From Prochlorococcus marinus str. NATL2A (lineage in GTDB: Bacteria; Cyanobacteriota; Cyanobacteriia; PCC-6307; Cyanobiaceae), in contig NC_007335.2 of assembly GCF_000012465.1 (NCBI RefSeq), forward strand, positions 1,740,001 to 1,772,000: a stretch of DNA of 32,000 nucleotides, read 5' to 3'. Under the pieces are notes generated by a model. It made no database searches. It was not told where the DNA came from and saw nothing but the letters and a program-made list of their open reading frames with translations. The translations under genes were made by a program, and so were the position numbers. Positions 1 to 8,851 of the stretch are shown here, piece after piece (the stretch's first letter is position 1; every line of letters starts with the position of its first letter).

Positions 1-178
1 AGAGCTAACAAATAGTAATTACGCTGTCATACCTGACTACACATGCTCAGTAGATACAACAAGATTACAAAGAAATGAAAATAAATATGTATAGCTTATT
101 AATAATTAAAATTAACTTAAAATCAATCAGATGAGATTTTCATCAATCATACTAGAATATAAAATTATCTAGTAAGTC

Positions 179-1090
179 ATGAGCTCAAAGTTTAAATCAA
201 GCAAACTTTGGCAGTCAATTTGCAAAAACAATCTCAACAAGCTTAACGATTCTAATATAAGTTCATTCAGGGATATTGGTAATATAAACAATAGAATTTG
301 CTCCTGGGATCCAACTGAAAGCTCAACTAGATATTTTAAAACACTTTTAATGCGTTTTATTTGGGATTTAGAGCAAAAATCAATAGATCAAAACCTAGAC
401 ATGAAGCAATTTATTGCAAATATTAAAAACCAACAATTAGGATCACCTATATATATTAATTATTTTGATTTTAAAATTTCCCTTGATTATGCACTTTGTC
501 TTGAAGAAATATTGTTTCTAAATAAATCAATGACTGGAGTTTCAAAGATTCTTGAAATTGGAGCTGGTTTCGGAAGAACATGCCATGCATTATTGTCAAA
601 TTTTGATGAAATTAATCAATATATAATCTGTGATTTACCTCCAATAATTAACTTAGCAAAGAATTATCTATATAAAGTTCTAAATGAACATCAATTCAAA
701 AAAATCATTTTCATAAGTAACGAAATGCTCGAAAGTGCAGATCCTGTTGATTTAACTATTAATATAAACTCTTTTCAAGAGATGGAGTCAGATGTTATTA
801 ACAATTATATAAAATTTATTGCTAAAAAATCTAGAGCTTTTTTTTGTAAAAATCCCATATGCAAATATGATCCAAATAGCATAAATCTAAAAATTAAAGA
901 TAAGAATGAGTTTGAATACGCTATGAAATTAGGTCTTTGTAAAGATATAGTTGATATATTTGATCCAAATCAATTACAAATTGCTGCAGCAAAATACGTT
1001 GCTTTATATAGACCAAAAAACTTTAAAATAGAAAGAAATGAAAGATCAAAATTATGGCCCCAACATCATAGTGTGTTATATCTGAAATAA
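179..1090 (+). CDS. SAM-dependent methyltransferase, putative sugar O-methyltransferase type
   Basis: 303-aa ORF with a mid-protein SAM-binding motif I (ILEIGAGFGRTCHAL) followed by an acidic beta-2 end (YIICDLPP). The overall layout recalls the putative sugar O-methyltransferase family seen in O-antigen/glycan clusters. It is convergent with rfbD. Substrate unknown. Confidence 0.55.
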   Translation: MSSKFKSSKLWQSICKNNLNKLNDSNISSFRDIGNINNRICSWDPTESSTRYFKTLLMRFIWDLEQKSIDQNLDMKQFIANIKNQQLGSPIYINYFDFKISLDYALCLEEILFLNKSMTGVSKILEIGAGFGRTCHALLSNFDEINQYIICDLPPIINLAKNYLYKVLNEHQFKKIIFISNEMLESADPVDLTININSFQEMESDVINNYIKFIAKKSRAFFCKNPICKYDPNSINLKIKDKNEFEYAMKLGLCKDIVDIFDPNQLQIAAAKYVALYRPKNFKIERNERSKLWPQHHSVLYLK

Positions 1091-1147
1091 TAACATTGTT
1101 TTCCTTTAATAAAAATCTTGAGACGATAAATAAATTTTCAATGTTAT
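1090..1147. repeat. 9-bp inverted repeat (ATAACATTG ... CAATGTTAT) between convergent genes; possible bidirectional terminator or 3'-UTR structure
   Basis: Read directly: 1090-1098 is the exact reverse complement of 1139-1147, with a 40-nt AT-rich spacer. It lies in the 78-nt gap between the methyltransferase stop and the rfbD stop. The long loop makes a classic intrinsic terminator doubtful. Confidence 0.25.
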
Positions 1148-1168
1148 AAGGTTATTTTTGATTTCATT

Positions 1169-2065
1169 TTATTTGCTTAGTCCCTTCATAACATGGGATA
1201 AAGAATCTCTCCAATGAAGTGGCTTCATCTTTAGAGCATTCATTGTGGCAAAGCAATCGAGCACAGAATAATTAGGTCGCTTAGCAAGGGTTTTGTAGTT
1301 TTTTGATTGTATCGGCTCAATTCTTAATGGGTTTTGAAATAAATCAAGCTCAATCGCAATTTCACTTATTGCTATGGCAAAGTCATACCAACTAGCGACA
1401 CCAGCATCGCTAAAATGCAAAATCTTAGGAGTATATATTTTACTGCTTACCATAATTGAACGTAAAACAGCAATAGCCAAATTCTTGGTCGATGTAGGTG
1501 AGCCAATTTGATCAGAGACAACCTTTAAAGTTCTAGGTTTATCAGATTCTTCAGAATGTAGGTGTATCATTTTTAGAAGAAAATTATTGCCTACTGGTCC
1601 ATATACCCAACCACTTCGGATTACTATACCTTTATCATAAGCTAAAACAAATTCTTCCCCTCTCGCCTTACTCTTTCCATAAACACACAGTGGCTGTATT
1701 AGGTCAGAAGTTTTATATGGCGAGCTTTGATCGCCATTGAAAACATAATCTGAACTTATTTGAATTATTTGTCCACCATATTTAGTCAAAGCCTCGACAA
1801 ATGCAGCTGGAGCTTGAGCATTTACCTGATATGCAATATTTGGCTCTGTCTCAGCCTTCTCAACATTTGTGTATGCTCCAGCATTTATTACCCAATCAGG
1901 TTTGTGATATTCGACGATAGATTTACATGCATCGTAATCAACTAGATCTAATTCCTCTCTAGTGCATTGAATAATTTCAAGAGACATTTGAGTTGAAAAG
2001 GACAAAGACTCTGAGACAATTTGCTGACCAAGTTGACCATTAGCTCCAGTTAACAAAATCTTCAT
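1169..2065 (-). CDS. rfbD: dTDP-4-dehydrorhamnose reductase
   Basis: 298 aa. N-terminal Rossmann motif MKILLTGANGQLG, catalytic YxxxK (VYGKSKARGE), typical RmlD length. The start overlaps the rfbC stop by 4 nt (ATGA), indicating translational coupling. Confidence 0.85.
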   Translation of the reverse strand: MKILLTGANGQLGQQIVSESLSFSTQMSLEIIQCTREELDLVDYDACKSIVEYHKPDWVINAGAYTNVEKAETEPNIAYQVNAQAPAAFVEALTKYGGQIIQISSDYVFNGDQSSPYKTSDLIQPLCVYGKSKARGEEFVLAYDKGIVIRSGWVYGPVGNNFLLKMIHLHSEESDKPRTLKVVSDQIGSPTSTKNLAIAVLRSIMVSSKIYTPKILHFSDAGVASWYDFAIAISEIAIELDLFQNPLRIEPIQSKNYKTLAKRPNYSVLDCFATMNALKMKPLHWRDSLSHVMKGLSK

Positions 2066-2652
2066 TCAAACATGTCCATACTTTTTAACTCTGAAAAAGA
2101 AGGCAACATTAAATCCTTCTTTGATAATTCAGGATGCAGAAAATTTTCTGGCCAGATAATTTTAATATCTGGATCATCCCAACTTATACCGCGTTCACAT
2201 TTAGGATCCCAGTAATCAGTTGTCTTATATAAAACCTCTGTACAATCAGTTAAAGATAGAAATCCATGAGCAAATCCAACTGGAACCCATAACTGCTTCT
2301 TATTCTGGGCACTTAAGTTGATTGATCCCCAAGACTTGAAGGTCTTGGATGACATTCTTAAATCAACTATAACATCGTATATTTCGCCAGCGATACAACG
2401 CACCAACTTCCCTTGAACGTGAGGAGTAATTTGATAATGCAATCCTCGTAAGACTCCCTTTCGAGAGAAAGATTGATTATCTTGAAGAAATATCTGAGGA
2501 CCTTGATCATGATTTAACAGTAAATCATCAAATATTTGAGAATTCCAGCTCTCAAAAAAATTCCCTCTTTCATCATTAAAAAGACAAGGCGAAAAGACCA
2601 AAGGGCCCTCAAGAAGCTCTCCAATTGAATTATTAATAGATTGAACATTCAT
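2062..2652 (-). CDS. rfbC: dTDP-4-dehydrorhamnose 3,5-epimerase
   Basis: 196 aa cupin. RmlC signatures RGLHYQ and VPVGFAHGF are present, along with the typical WDDP segment near the C-terminus. Confidence 0.9.
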   Translation of the reverse strand: MNVQSINNSIGELLEGPLVFSPCLFNDERGNFFESWNSQIFDDLLLNHDQGPQIFLQDNQSFSRKGVLRGLHYQITPHVQGKLVRCIAGEIYDVIVDLRMSSKTFKSWGSINLSAQNKKQLWVPVGFAHGFLSLTDCTEVLYKTTDYWDPKCERGISWDDPDIKIIWPENFLHPELSKKDLMLPSFSELKSMDMFE

Positions 2653-3198
2653 TTTAAAATTCCAATCGACTTGTCAGGAGTTATGTAAAAATAATATTAT
2701 ACAAGCTTTGAAGATTGTTAATTAGATTACGTTTAAATTCTCAATTCCTTAATCTTATTAAGGATTGCTAATTCATATGTTCTGGACTAATTCGCACAAT
2801 TGGATCAAACTTATTAAACTATTAATTTATATTTTAATATTAAATTAAATCTATTTCTTATTTTGGTTGAGAAACACTATTTTTTGTGAGAAATAAAAGA
2901 GAAAAAGAAATTTTTTCAAATACATTTTGTGGTGATTTTCTATCTTTTTAGAACAGATATTCAAACTTCCAATGGAAATTAATTAAAAGGCTGTTTAATA
3001 TAATCAGATAAAGAGTTCTACAATGGATGTTTTTAAGATTTTTCTCAACATTAAAAGAGAAGTGTAGCTATGTGTTAGCGATCAGTTCTTTTCAAAATAT
3101 TTGGAAGCAGATTTAGAATAACCAAAAAGATTGATGCAACCACATCGAAGTTGTTCAGAGGCCCAAAAGAAACCCTTTCATTAGAAGGCATTAGCGAA

Positions 3199-3270
3199 AG
3201 CGGATGAAGAGATTCGAACTCTCGACATTCTCCTTGGCAAGGAGATGCTCTACCACTGAGCTACATCCGC
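3199..3270 (-). tRNA. tRNA-Gly (anticodon GCC)
   Basis: The reverse complement reads GCGGATG TA GCTC AGTGGTA GAGC A TCTCC TTGCCAA GGAGA ATGTC GAGAG TTCGAAT CTCTT CATCCGC T. This gives a perfect 7-bp acceptor stem, D and anticodon stems, a TTCGAAT T-loop, anticodon GCC and discriminator U. CCA is not encoded. Confidence 0.9.
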
Positions 3271-3292
3271 AAAAAATTAGTTTGTATAATTA

Positions 3293-3312
3293 GCATGCCT
3301 CAAAAGAGGTGC
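3293..3312 (-). terminator. weak hairpin downstream of ribH (candidate terminator or processing structure)
   Basis: The + strand reads GCA(tg)CCTC AAAA GAGGTGC: a 7-bp stem with a 2-nt bulge and a 4-nt loop, 36 nt past the ribH stop and upstream of tRNA-Gly on the same strand. There is no strong U-tract. Confidence 0.2.
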
Positions 3313-3347
3313 GATGGTCAAATGATTTTTTCAAGTAATAAGATAAC

Positions 3348-3824
3348 TTAATTCACAGCCTTCATAAGCGAACCCATCTCTAAAGCTTGCAATGCATAAC
3401 TCCATCCCAAATTATTTTTAATACCCGCTCTCTCTAATGCTTGTTGCATTGTATCGGTAGTCAATACTCCAAAAATGATTGGAACACCTGTTTCTCTAGA
3501 TACTGTTGCTATACCTTTGCTAGCCTCAGAGACAACAACATCAAAATGAGGAGTATCACCTCTAATGACCGCTCCCAAGGTTATTACCACATCATAATTA
3601 CCATTACGAGCAAGTTTTTGAGAAATGATAGGCAGTTCAAAAGAACCTGGTACCCAAGCAATATCTAGTTGATTACTTGATTCTGATACATCAATACCAT
3701 GACGTGATAAACAATCCATGCATCCGCTTAAGAGCTTATTAGTAATGAGATCGTTAAACCTGGCTATTACAATAGCTACTCTTAAAGAAGAGGAATTTAC
3801 AAAAGTACCCTCAATAGTCGCCAT
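3348..3824 (-). CDS. ribH: 6,7-dimethyl-8-ribityllumazine synthase
   Basis: 158 aa. Signature [15 protein letters not shown] and N-terminal VAIVIARFN match lumazine synthase. Confidence 0.9.
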   Translation of the reverse strand: MATIEGTFVNSSSLRVAIVIARFNDLITNKLLSGCMDCLSRHGIDVSESSNQLDIAWVPGSFELPIISQKLARNGNYDVVITLGAVIRGDTPHFDVVVSEASKGIATVSRETGVPIIFGVLTTDTMQQALERAGIKNNLGWSYALQALEMGSLMKAVN

Positions 3825-3925
3825 TTTTCAAAGGGTTTTGTTACCTATTAACAGTAACCTCTGGTGAGTAAATTTAAAACACTCGATTATAAAATAGTCT
3901 ATATCTCTTCAATCAATTCGAATTA

Positions 3926-4141
3926 TTACACACTCATTTGATGAGTTATGTATTCACCTACCAAGGCTTGAAGAAGTACTAAATGGAACCAGACTCCTGC
4001 AAGGATCTCTATTTTTTTAATATTCGGATTTCTATTATCCTCTGGATTGGATTGGGTCATGTAAAAAACAGGAACACCAATTACCAAAAGCAAGGAGGAG
4101 AACAAAAGTGCGTTTGCAACGATTGAATTAATAGCCAGCAT
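3926..4141 (-). CDS. psbZ: photosystem II protein PsbZ (Ycf9)-like small membrane protein
   Basis: 71 aa with two predicted TM helices (ALLFSSLLLVIGVPVFY and ILAGVWFHLVLLQALVG) joined by a short polar loop. The VIGVPV motif and the size fit PsbZ. Assignment is from memory of the family, not from an alignment. Confidence 0.55.
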   Translation of the reverse strand: MLAINSIVANALLFSSLLLVIGVPVFYMTQSNPEDNRNPNIKKIEILAGVWFHLVLLQALVGEYITHQMSV

Positions 4142-4276
4142 GTCGAAGCTAGAGAAATTTCTCGATATCAGATAATTATCCCATGGAAGTGTTTTCTTAC
4201 TGCATTACTATGAAAATTTGTATTGAGCCTTCACATGCAAAAAAAAATAATTCTTCTAATATGCATTGACTAAACT

Positions 4277-7069
4277 GTGAGTAATGAAATGGCTGCCAGC
4301 CAAAACCCTATACAAGGCAGTCTATTTGGGGGGAATGAGGAAAGCGATCTCAATAAAGCTGAAAAGCTGAAAGGTTCAGAAAGATCGAACGTAAATCTGT
4401 CACATCAACAACTAAAAGAAGACGCATCGCTTAGACCTCGCATAAAACAGACTCCTAAAAATCCAAATCAGATAATTGATTTGGATGAGTTGTCTCGTCT
4501 GGCAATTGAGGAACCCAAATGGTCACATCACAATTTACCAAAAATTGATGATCTCACTCCTGCACTGAGACATTATGTCGAATTAAAAAAAGAGAATCCT
4601 GACCGAGTTTTGCTTTATAGGCTTGGAGACTTCTTCGAATGTTTTTTTGAAGATGCAATAACACTCTCAAAACTTTTAGAAATCACACTCACAAGTAAAG
4701 AAGCTGGAAAAAAAATTGGCAAAATTCCAATGGCTGGAATTCCTCATCATGCATCTGATCGTTATTGCACAGAACTAATTAAAAAAGGTTTATCTATTGC
4801 TATTTGTGATCAACTTGAAGCTGCTCCAACAAAAGGCAATAAATTAATAAAAAGAGGCATAACAAGATTAATAACCCCTGGAACAATTCTAGAAGAGGGA
4901 ATGTTAAGTGCTAAAAAAAATAATTGGCTAGCTTCTGTTCTTCTAGAAGCCAAATCTAATCAAGAAATAATTGACTGGTCTTTAGCAAAAATAGATGTAA
5001 GCACCGGTGAATTTATTGTTCAAGAAGGTCAAGGAAGTAATAATTTACGACACGAATTAATTAAATTGAATGCAGCTGAAGTTATTTCAGAGAAAAAGTC
5101 AATCTCAAATAAAATCTGGTATGAAGGATTAATAGAAATAACAGAATTTAATAGAACATCATTCTCTAATTTAGAGGCAATAACAACTATTAAAAATCAT
5201 TATTGTCTAAATAATATTGATAGCCTAGGGATACATTCTAACTCACTATCAATTAGGACTATTGGAGGATTAATTTCATATTTAAATAAAACGCACCCAA
5301 ATATAGATGATAAATCTAACAATGAAATAAAAACAAATATCTGTATTGACTACCCTCGAATAAAAAATAGTCGATCAGGATTAATTATAGATAGTCAAAC
5401 AAGAAGAAATTTAGAAATTACCTCAACTCAGAAGGATGGAAAATTTCAAGGCTCATTACTTTGGGCAATTGATAAAACATTAACTGCAATGGGTGCGAGA
5501 TGCATTAGGAGGTGGATAGAAGAACCTACAAAAGATGTTAATGCAATTAAAAATAGACAGAATATAATTGGATTTCTAGTCAAATCATCGACATTAAGAA
5601 AAAATATTAGAAAAACCCTTAGAGCCATGGGTGACTTAGAACGTCTTTCAGGTAGAGCAGGAGCTCAACAAGCGGGAGCACGTGATTTAGTTGCTATCGC
5701 AGAAGGAATTAACCGTTTACCCTTAATTAAAAATTATCTAAATGAGCCCATATTTGATAAAACTAAGTATTTTGACTCTATTATAAATATAGATAAAGAC
5801 TTAATAGAACTTGCATCAAAAATCAATAATCAAATCATAGACAATCCACCACTTAGCCTTACAGAAGGGGGTCTATTTTATGATGGTATAAACCCTGTAC
5901 TTGATGGACTAAGAAACCAACTAGATGATCATAATATATGGCTCAACTCTCAGGAATTAGAAGAGAGAAAGAAAAGCAATATAAATAATTTAAAGCTTCA
6001 ATATCATCGATCTTTTGGATACTTTTTAGCTGTTAGCAAATCAAAGGCTATAAATGTTCCAGATCACTGGATCAGAAGACAAACCTTAACTAATGAAGAA
6101 CGTTTTGTGACACCAGGATTAAAAGAAAGAGAAGGAAAAATCTTTCAAGTTAGAGCAAGAATATCAGAACTAGAATATGAACTTTTTTGTGATTTAAGAA
6201 AACTTACAGGGAGTAAATCAAACATTATTAGACAAGCTGCAAAAGCAATATCTCACTTAGATGTTTTAACTGGACTAGCCGAACTAGCCGCTAATCACAA
6301 CTATATTCAACCTCAGATAATAGATATGAATGAGCAAGATAAATCAAGAAAATTATCTATTATTGATGGCCGTCATCCTGTAGTTGAACAAATTTTAGTT
6401 GATAAAGTTTTTGTACCTAATGATATAGAACTTGGCTCTAAGACCGATCTAATTATTCTTTCAGGGCCAAATGCTAGTGGAAAAAGTTGTTATTTAAGAC
6501 AAGTAGGTCTCTTGCAAATCATGGCTCAAATTGGAAGTTGGATCCCAGCTAAATCAGCACATATGGGAATAGCTGATCAAGTATTTACACGTGTTGGAGC
6601 AGTGGATGATTTAGCTTCAGGCCAATCAACTTTCATGGTCGAAATGATTGAAACTGCCTTCATTCTTAATAATGCTACTGAAAACTCATTAGTTTTATTA
6701 GATGAAATTGGAAGAGGAACTTCAACTTTTGATGGGCTATCTATTGCCTGGTCAGTAAGCGAGTTTTTAGCAAAAAAAATTAAAAGTCGTTCAATCTTTG
6801 CAACTCATTACCATGAATTGAATCAAATTTCTGAATATATTGAAAATGTCGAGAATTACAAAGTTGTAGTTGAATATAAAAATCATTCCCTTTCATTCCT
6901 TCACAAGGTCGAAAGAGGAGGAGCAAATAAAAGTTATGGAATTGAAGCTGCGAGGCTTGCGGGAGTCCCCCCAGACGTAGTCAATAATGCAAGATTGATA
7001 TTAAAAAATCTAGAAAAAAATAACTCCAACACCATTCAAATCACTAAGCCAATTGAAAGTTGCAAATAA
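4277..7069 (+). CDS. mutS: DNA mismatch repair protein MutS
   Basis: 930 aa. Mismatch-binding domain LTPALRHYVELKKENPDRVLLYRLGDFFE, Walker A GPNASGKS, STFMVEM, DEIGRGTSTFDG. The ORF opens at GTG 4277; ATG 4289 is an alternative start. Confidence 0.95.
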   Translation: MSNEMAASQNPIQGSLFGGNEESDLNKAEKLKGSERSNVNLSHQQLKEDASLRPRIKQTPKNPNQIIDLDELSRLAIEEPKWSHHNLPKIDDLTPALRHYVELKKENPDRVLLYRLGDFFECFFEDAITLSKLLEITLTSKEAGKKIGKIPMAGIPHHASDRYCTELIKKGLSIAICDQLEAAPTKGNKLIKRGITRLITPGTILEEGMLSAKKNNWLASVLLEAKSNQEIIDWSLAKIDVSTGEFIVQEGQGSNNLRHELIKLNAAEVISEKKSISNKIWYEGLIEITEFNRTSFSNLEAITTIKNHYCLNNIDSLGIHSNSLSIRTIGGLISYLNKTHPNIDDKSNNEIKTNICIDYPRIKNSRSGLIIDSQTRRNLEITSTQKDGKFQGSLLWAIDKTLTAMGARCIRRWIEEPTKDVNAIKNRQNIIGFLVKSSTLRKNIRKTLRAMGDLERLSGRAGAQQAGARDLVAIAEGINRLPLIKNYLNEPIFDKTKYFDSIINIDKDLIELASKINNQIIDNPPLSLTEGGLFYDGINPVLDGLRNQLDDHNIWLNSQELEERKKSNINNLKLQYHRSFGYFLAVSKSKAINVPDHWIRRQTLTNEERFVTPGLKEREGKIFQVRARISELEYELFCDLRKLTGSKSNIIRQAAKAISHLDVLTGLAELAANHNYIQPQIIDMNEQDKSRKLSIIDGRHPVVEQILVDKVFVPNDIELGSKTDLIILSGPNASGKSCYLRQVGLLQIMAQIGSWIPAKSAHMGIADQVFTRVGAVDDLASGQSTFMVEMIETAFILNNATENSLVLLDEIGRGTSTFDGLSIAWSVSEFLAKKIKSRSIFATHYHELNQISEYIENVENYKVVVEYKNHSLSFLHKVERGGANKSYGIEAARLAGVPPDVVNNARLILKNLEKNNSNTIQITKPIESCK

Positions 7070-7091
7070 AATAAAGAACAATCGTTGCAAT

Positions 7092-7736
7092 TTAATGCTC
7101 AGCTGCTCTCAATAAAGCATTTGTAGCAGCTGCCGCTAGGGATGCGCCTCCTTTAGAACCTTCAAGAACAATATATGCACAATCACTATTTAATAATCGA
7201 GTTTTACTCTCATTAACCCCAATAAAGCCCACTGGCATTCCAATAATTAAACTTGGGGGCTTATCGCCAGCTTCAACAAGATCTAACAAAGAAATTAAAG
7301 CTGTTGGAGCGCTCCCAATTACAACCAGTGGAGCAGTTGGGTTTTTTATGGCGTCTTTATCCTCAAAATTTAACCACTTATTTTTCATACCAATTGCACT
7401 TCTAGTAGTCAAACTTGTATTTATGGATATAGAAGCTGGAGCCATATCTAAAATGCATTCAATATTTGAATTCAAGGTTCGTTTAGCCATAGGCGATATT
7501 GCTGCCTCTGCCATATGAGTATCAGTCAAAATCGTTGCACCATTTTTCAATGCCCTAATAGCATCCTTACAAGCAGTGGGACTAAACTTGAGACATGACT
7601 GCAAACTAAAGTCTCCACTTGAATGAATAATGCGTTCTAAAATTGATTGCTGAGTTTGATCAAGTCCGGTATTGCCTAGTTTAGATCGAATGTATTTGAT
7701 GCTTTCTAGAAAAATTGGATGTTCTGATGTTTTCAC
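7092..7736 (-). CDS. cobH: precorrin-8X methylmutase
   Basis: 214 aa. Conserved IIHSSGD motif plus VVIGSAPTAL and a Gly-rich C-terminal segment typical of CobH/CbiC. Confidence 0.85.
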   Translation of the reverse strand: MKTSEHPIFLESIKYIRSKLGNTGLDQTQQSILERIIHSSGDFSLQSCLKFSPTACKDAIRALKNGATILTDTHMAEAAISPMAKRTLNSNIECILDMAPASISINTSLTTRSAIGMKNKWLNFEDKDAIKNPTAPLVVIGSAPTALISLLDLVEAGDKPPSLIIGMPVGFIGVNESKTRLLNSDCAYIVLEGSKGGASLAAAATNALLRAAEH

Positions 7737-7795
7737 TGTTAAATTTCTTTGGCTAATTTAGGATCAAAATCTTATTAATAAAATATCTCTAAGTA

Positions 7796-8824
7796 ATGCC
7801 AATACATTTAATCTGGGGGAATGATTATGAAGCCTGTAACAGAGAAATAGAAGAACTAATTAATTCAGTCATTGACTCCTCATGGAAAAGTTTCAATTAT
7901 AGTCAACTAGATGGAAATGATCCTAAGCAAAATCTAAGAGCACTAGAAGAGGCTCAAAGCGCTCCCTTAGGCAGCGGAGGCAGGATTGTGCTAGTTAGAA
8001 GAAGTCCATTTTGTAACGGATGCTCTATTGAGCTTGGTAATAAACTTGAACAAGTAATCAAATTAATTCCCGACAAGACTCATCTGATTTTAAGTAATGC
8101 AAATAAACCTGATAAAAGACTTAAAACTACTAAATTAATAGAAAAAAGCATCCAATCAAATACATTATCACAGGAAAAAAGTTTTATTCTTCCACTGCCA
8201 TGGGATATCAATGGGCAAAGGAATTTAGTGAAGAATAATTTAGAACGATTAAATCTAAAAATGAATTATGAAACAATTGATTTAATAGTAGAAAGTATAG
8301 GTAATGATAGCTCTTTAATCAATACTGAGCTTCAAAAGCTTTCATTATTCTCAGAAGCAGTTAATACAAACTTAACTACAGATAAACCGCGAGAAATATC
8401 AAAAGAACTAGTCAAAAAACTAATTCAAAATAATTCGACTAATGCACTTGAAATTGCCAATTCACTATTGAAAGGAGAGAAAATTATAGCTCTAAATAAA
8501 ATTCAATCCTTACTTAAAAATGGAGAGCCAGCTTTACGATTAATAACAACGTTGACTGGTCAATCAAGAGGATGGCTTTGGGTACATCTATTAGATTCAC
8601 AAGGGAATCAGGATGTCAAAGAAATAGCCAAACTTGCTGGGATTGCAAACCCAAAACGTATTTTTGTAATTCGCAAACAAATTCAAGGTAAATCTTTGGG
8701 AACATTGCTTGAATTGATGAAAAAACTTTTAAAAATTGAAGCCTCAATAAAATCAGGAATCAAGCCAATCGATTCTTTTAAAGATAATCTGCTAACAGAC
8801 AGTAAAATTTTGGCTAATAACTGA
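7796..8824 (+). CDS. holA: DNA polymerase III delta subunit
   Basis: 342 aa. The N-terminal IHLIWGNDYE start, length, helical C-terminal half and a central ELQKL segment resemble HolA. Sequence similarity in this family is weak, so the call rests partly on the pattern. Confidence 0.65.
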   Translation: MPIHLIWGNDYEACNREIEELINSVIDSSWKSFNYSQLDGNDPKQNLRALEEAQSAPLGSGGRIVLVRRSPFCNGCSIELGNKLEQVIKLIPDKTHLILSNANKPDKRLKTTKLIEKSIQSNTLSQEKSFILPLPWDINGQRNLVKNNLERLNLKMNYETIDLIVESIGNDSSLINTELQKLSLFSEAVNTNLTTDKPREISKELVKKLIQNNSTNALEIANSLLKGEKIIALNKIQSLLKNGEPALRLITTLTGQSRGWLWVHLLDSQGNQDVKEIAKLAGIANPKRIFVIRKQIQGKSLGTLLELMKKLLKIEASIKSGIKPIDSFKDNLLTDSKILANN

Positions 8825-8851
8825 AATAATCAATAAGTTTACGTAAGTTCA

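Noticed and set aside
2653-3198. Search for an att-like partial duplicate of the tRNA-Gly 3' end, for Yfr1-like ncRNA motifs (ACTCCTCACAC), and for HIP1 (GCGATCGC) or CRISPR-like repeats, in the long spacer and across the window
   Set aside because: None found by eye. The closest HIP1-like string is GCGATCGG near 24712, which matches 7 of 8 positions. No tandem or spaced direct repeats suggest CRISPR or a mobile element.
4196-4209. Direct repeat CTTACTGCATTACT upstream of psbZ (minus strand AGTAATGCAGTAAG), considered as an HLR1/RpaB-type element
   Set aside because: The repeat period is 8 nt rather than the 10 nt of HLR1, and the core is TTACT rather than TTACA. Likely chance in AT-rich DNA.
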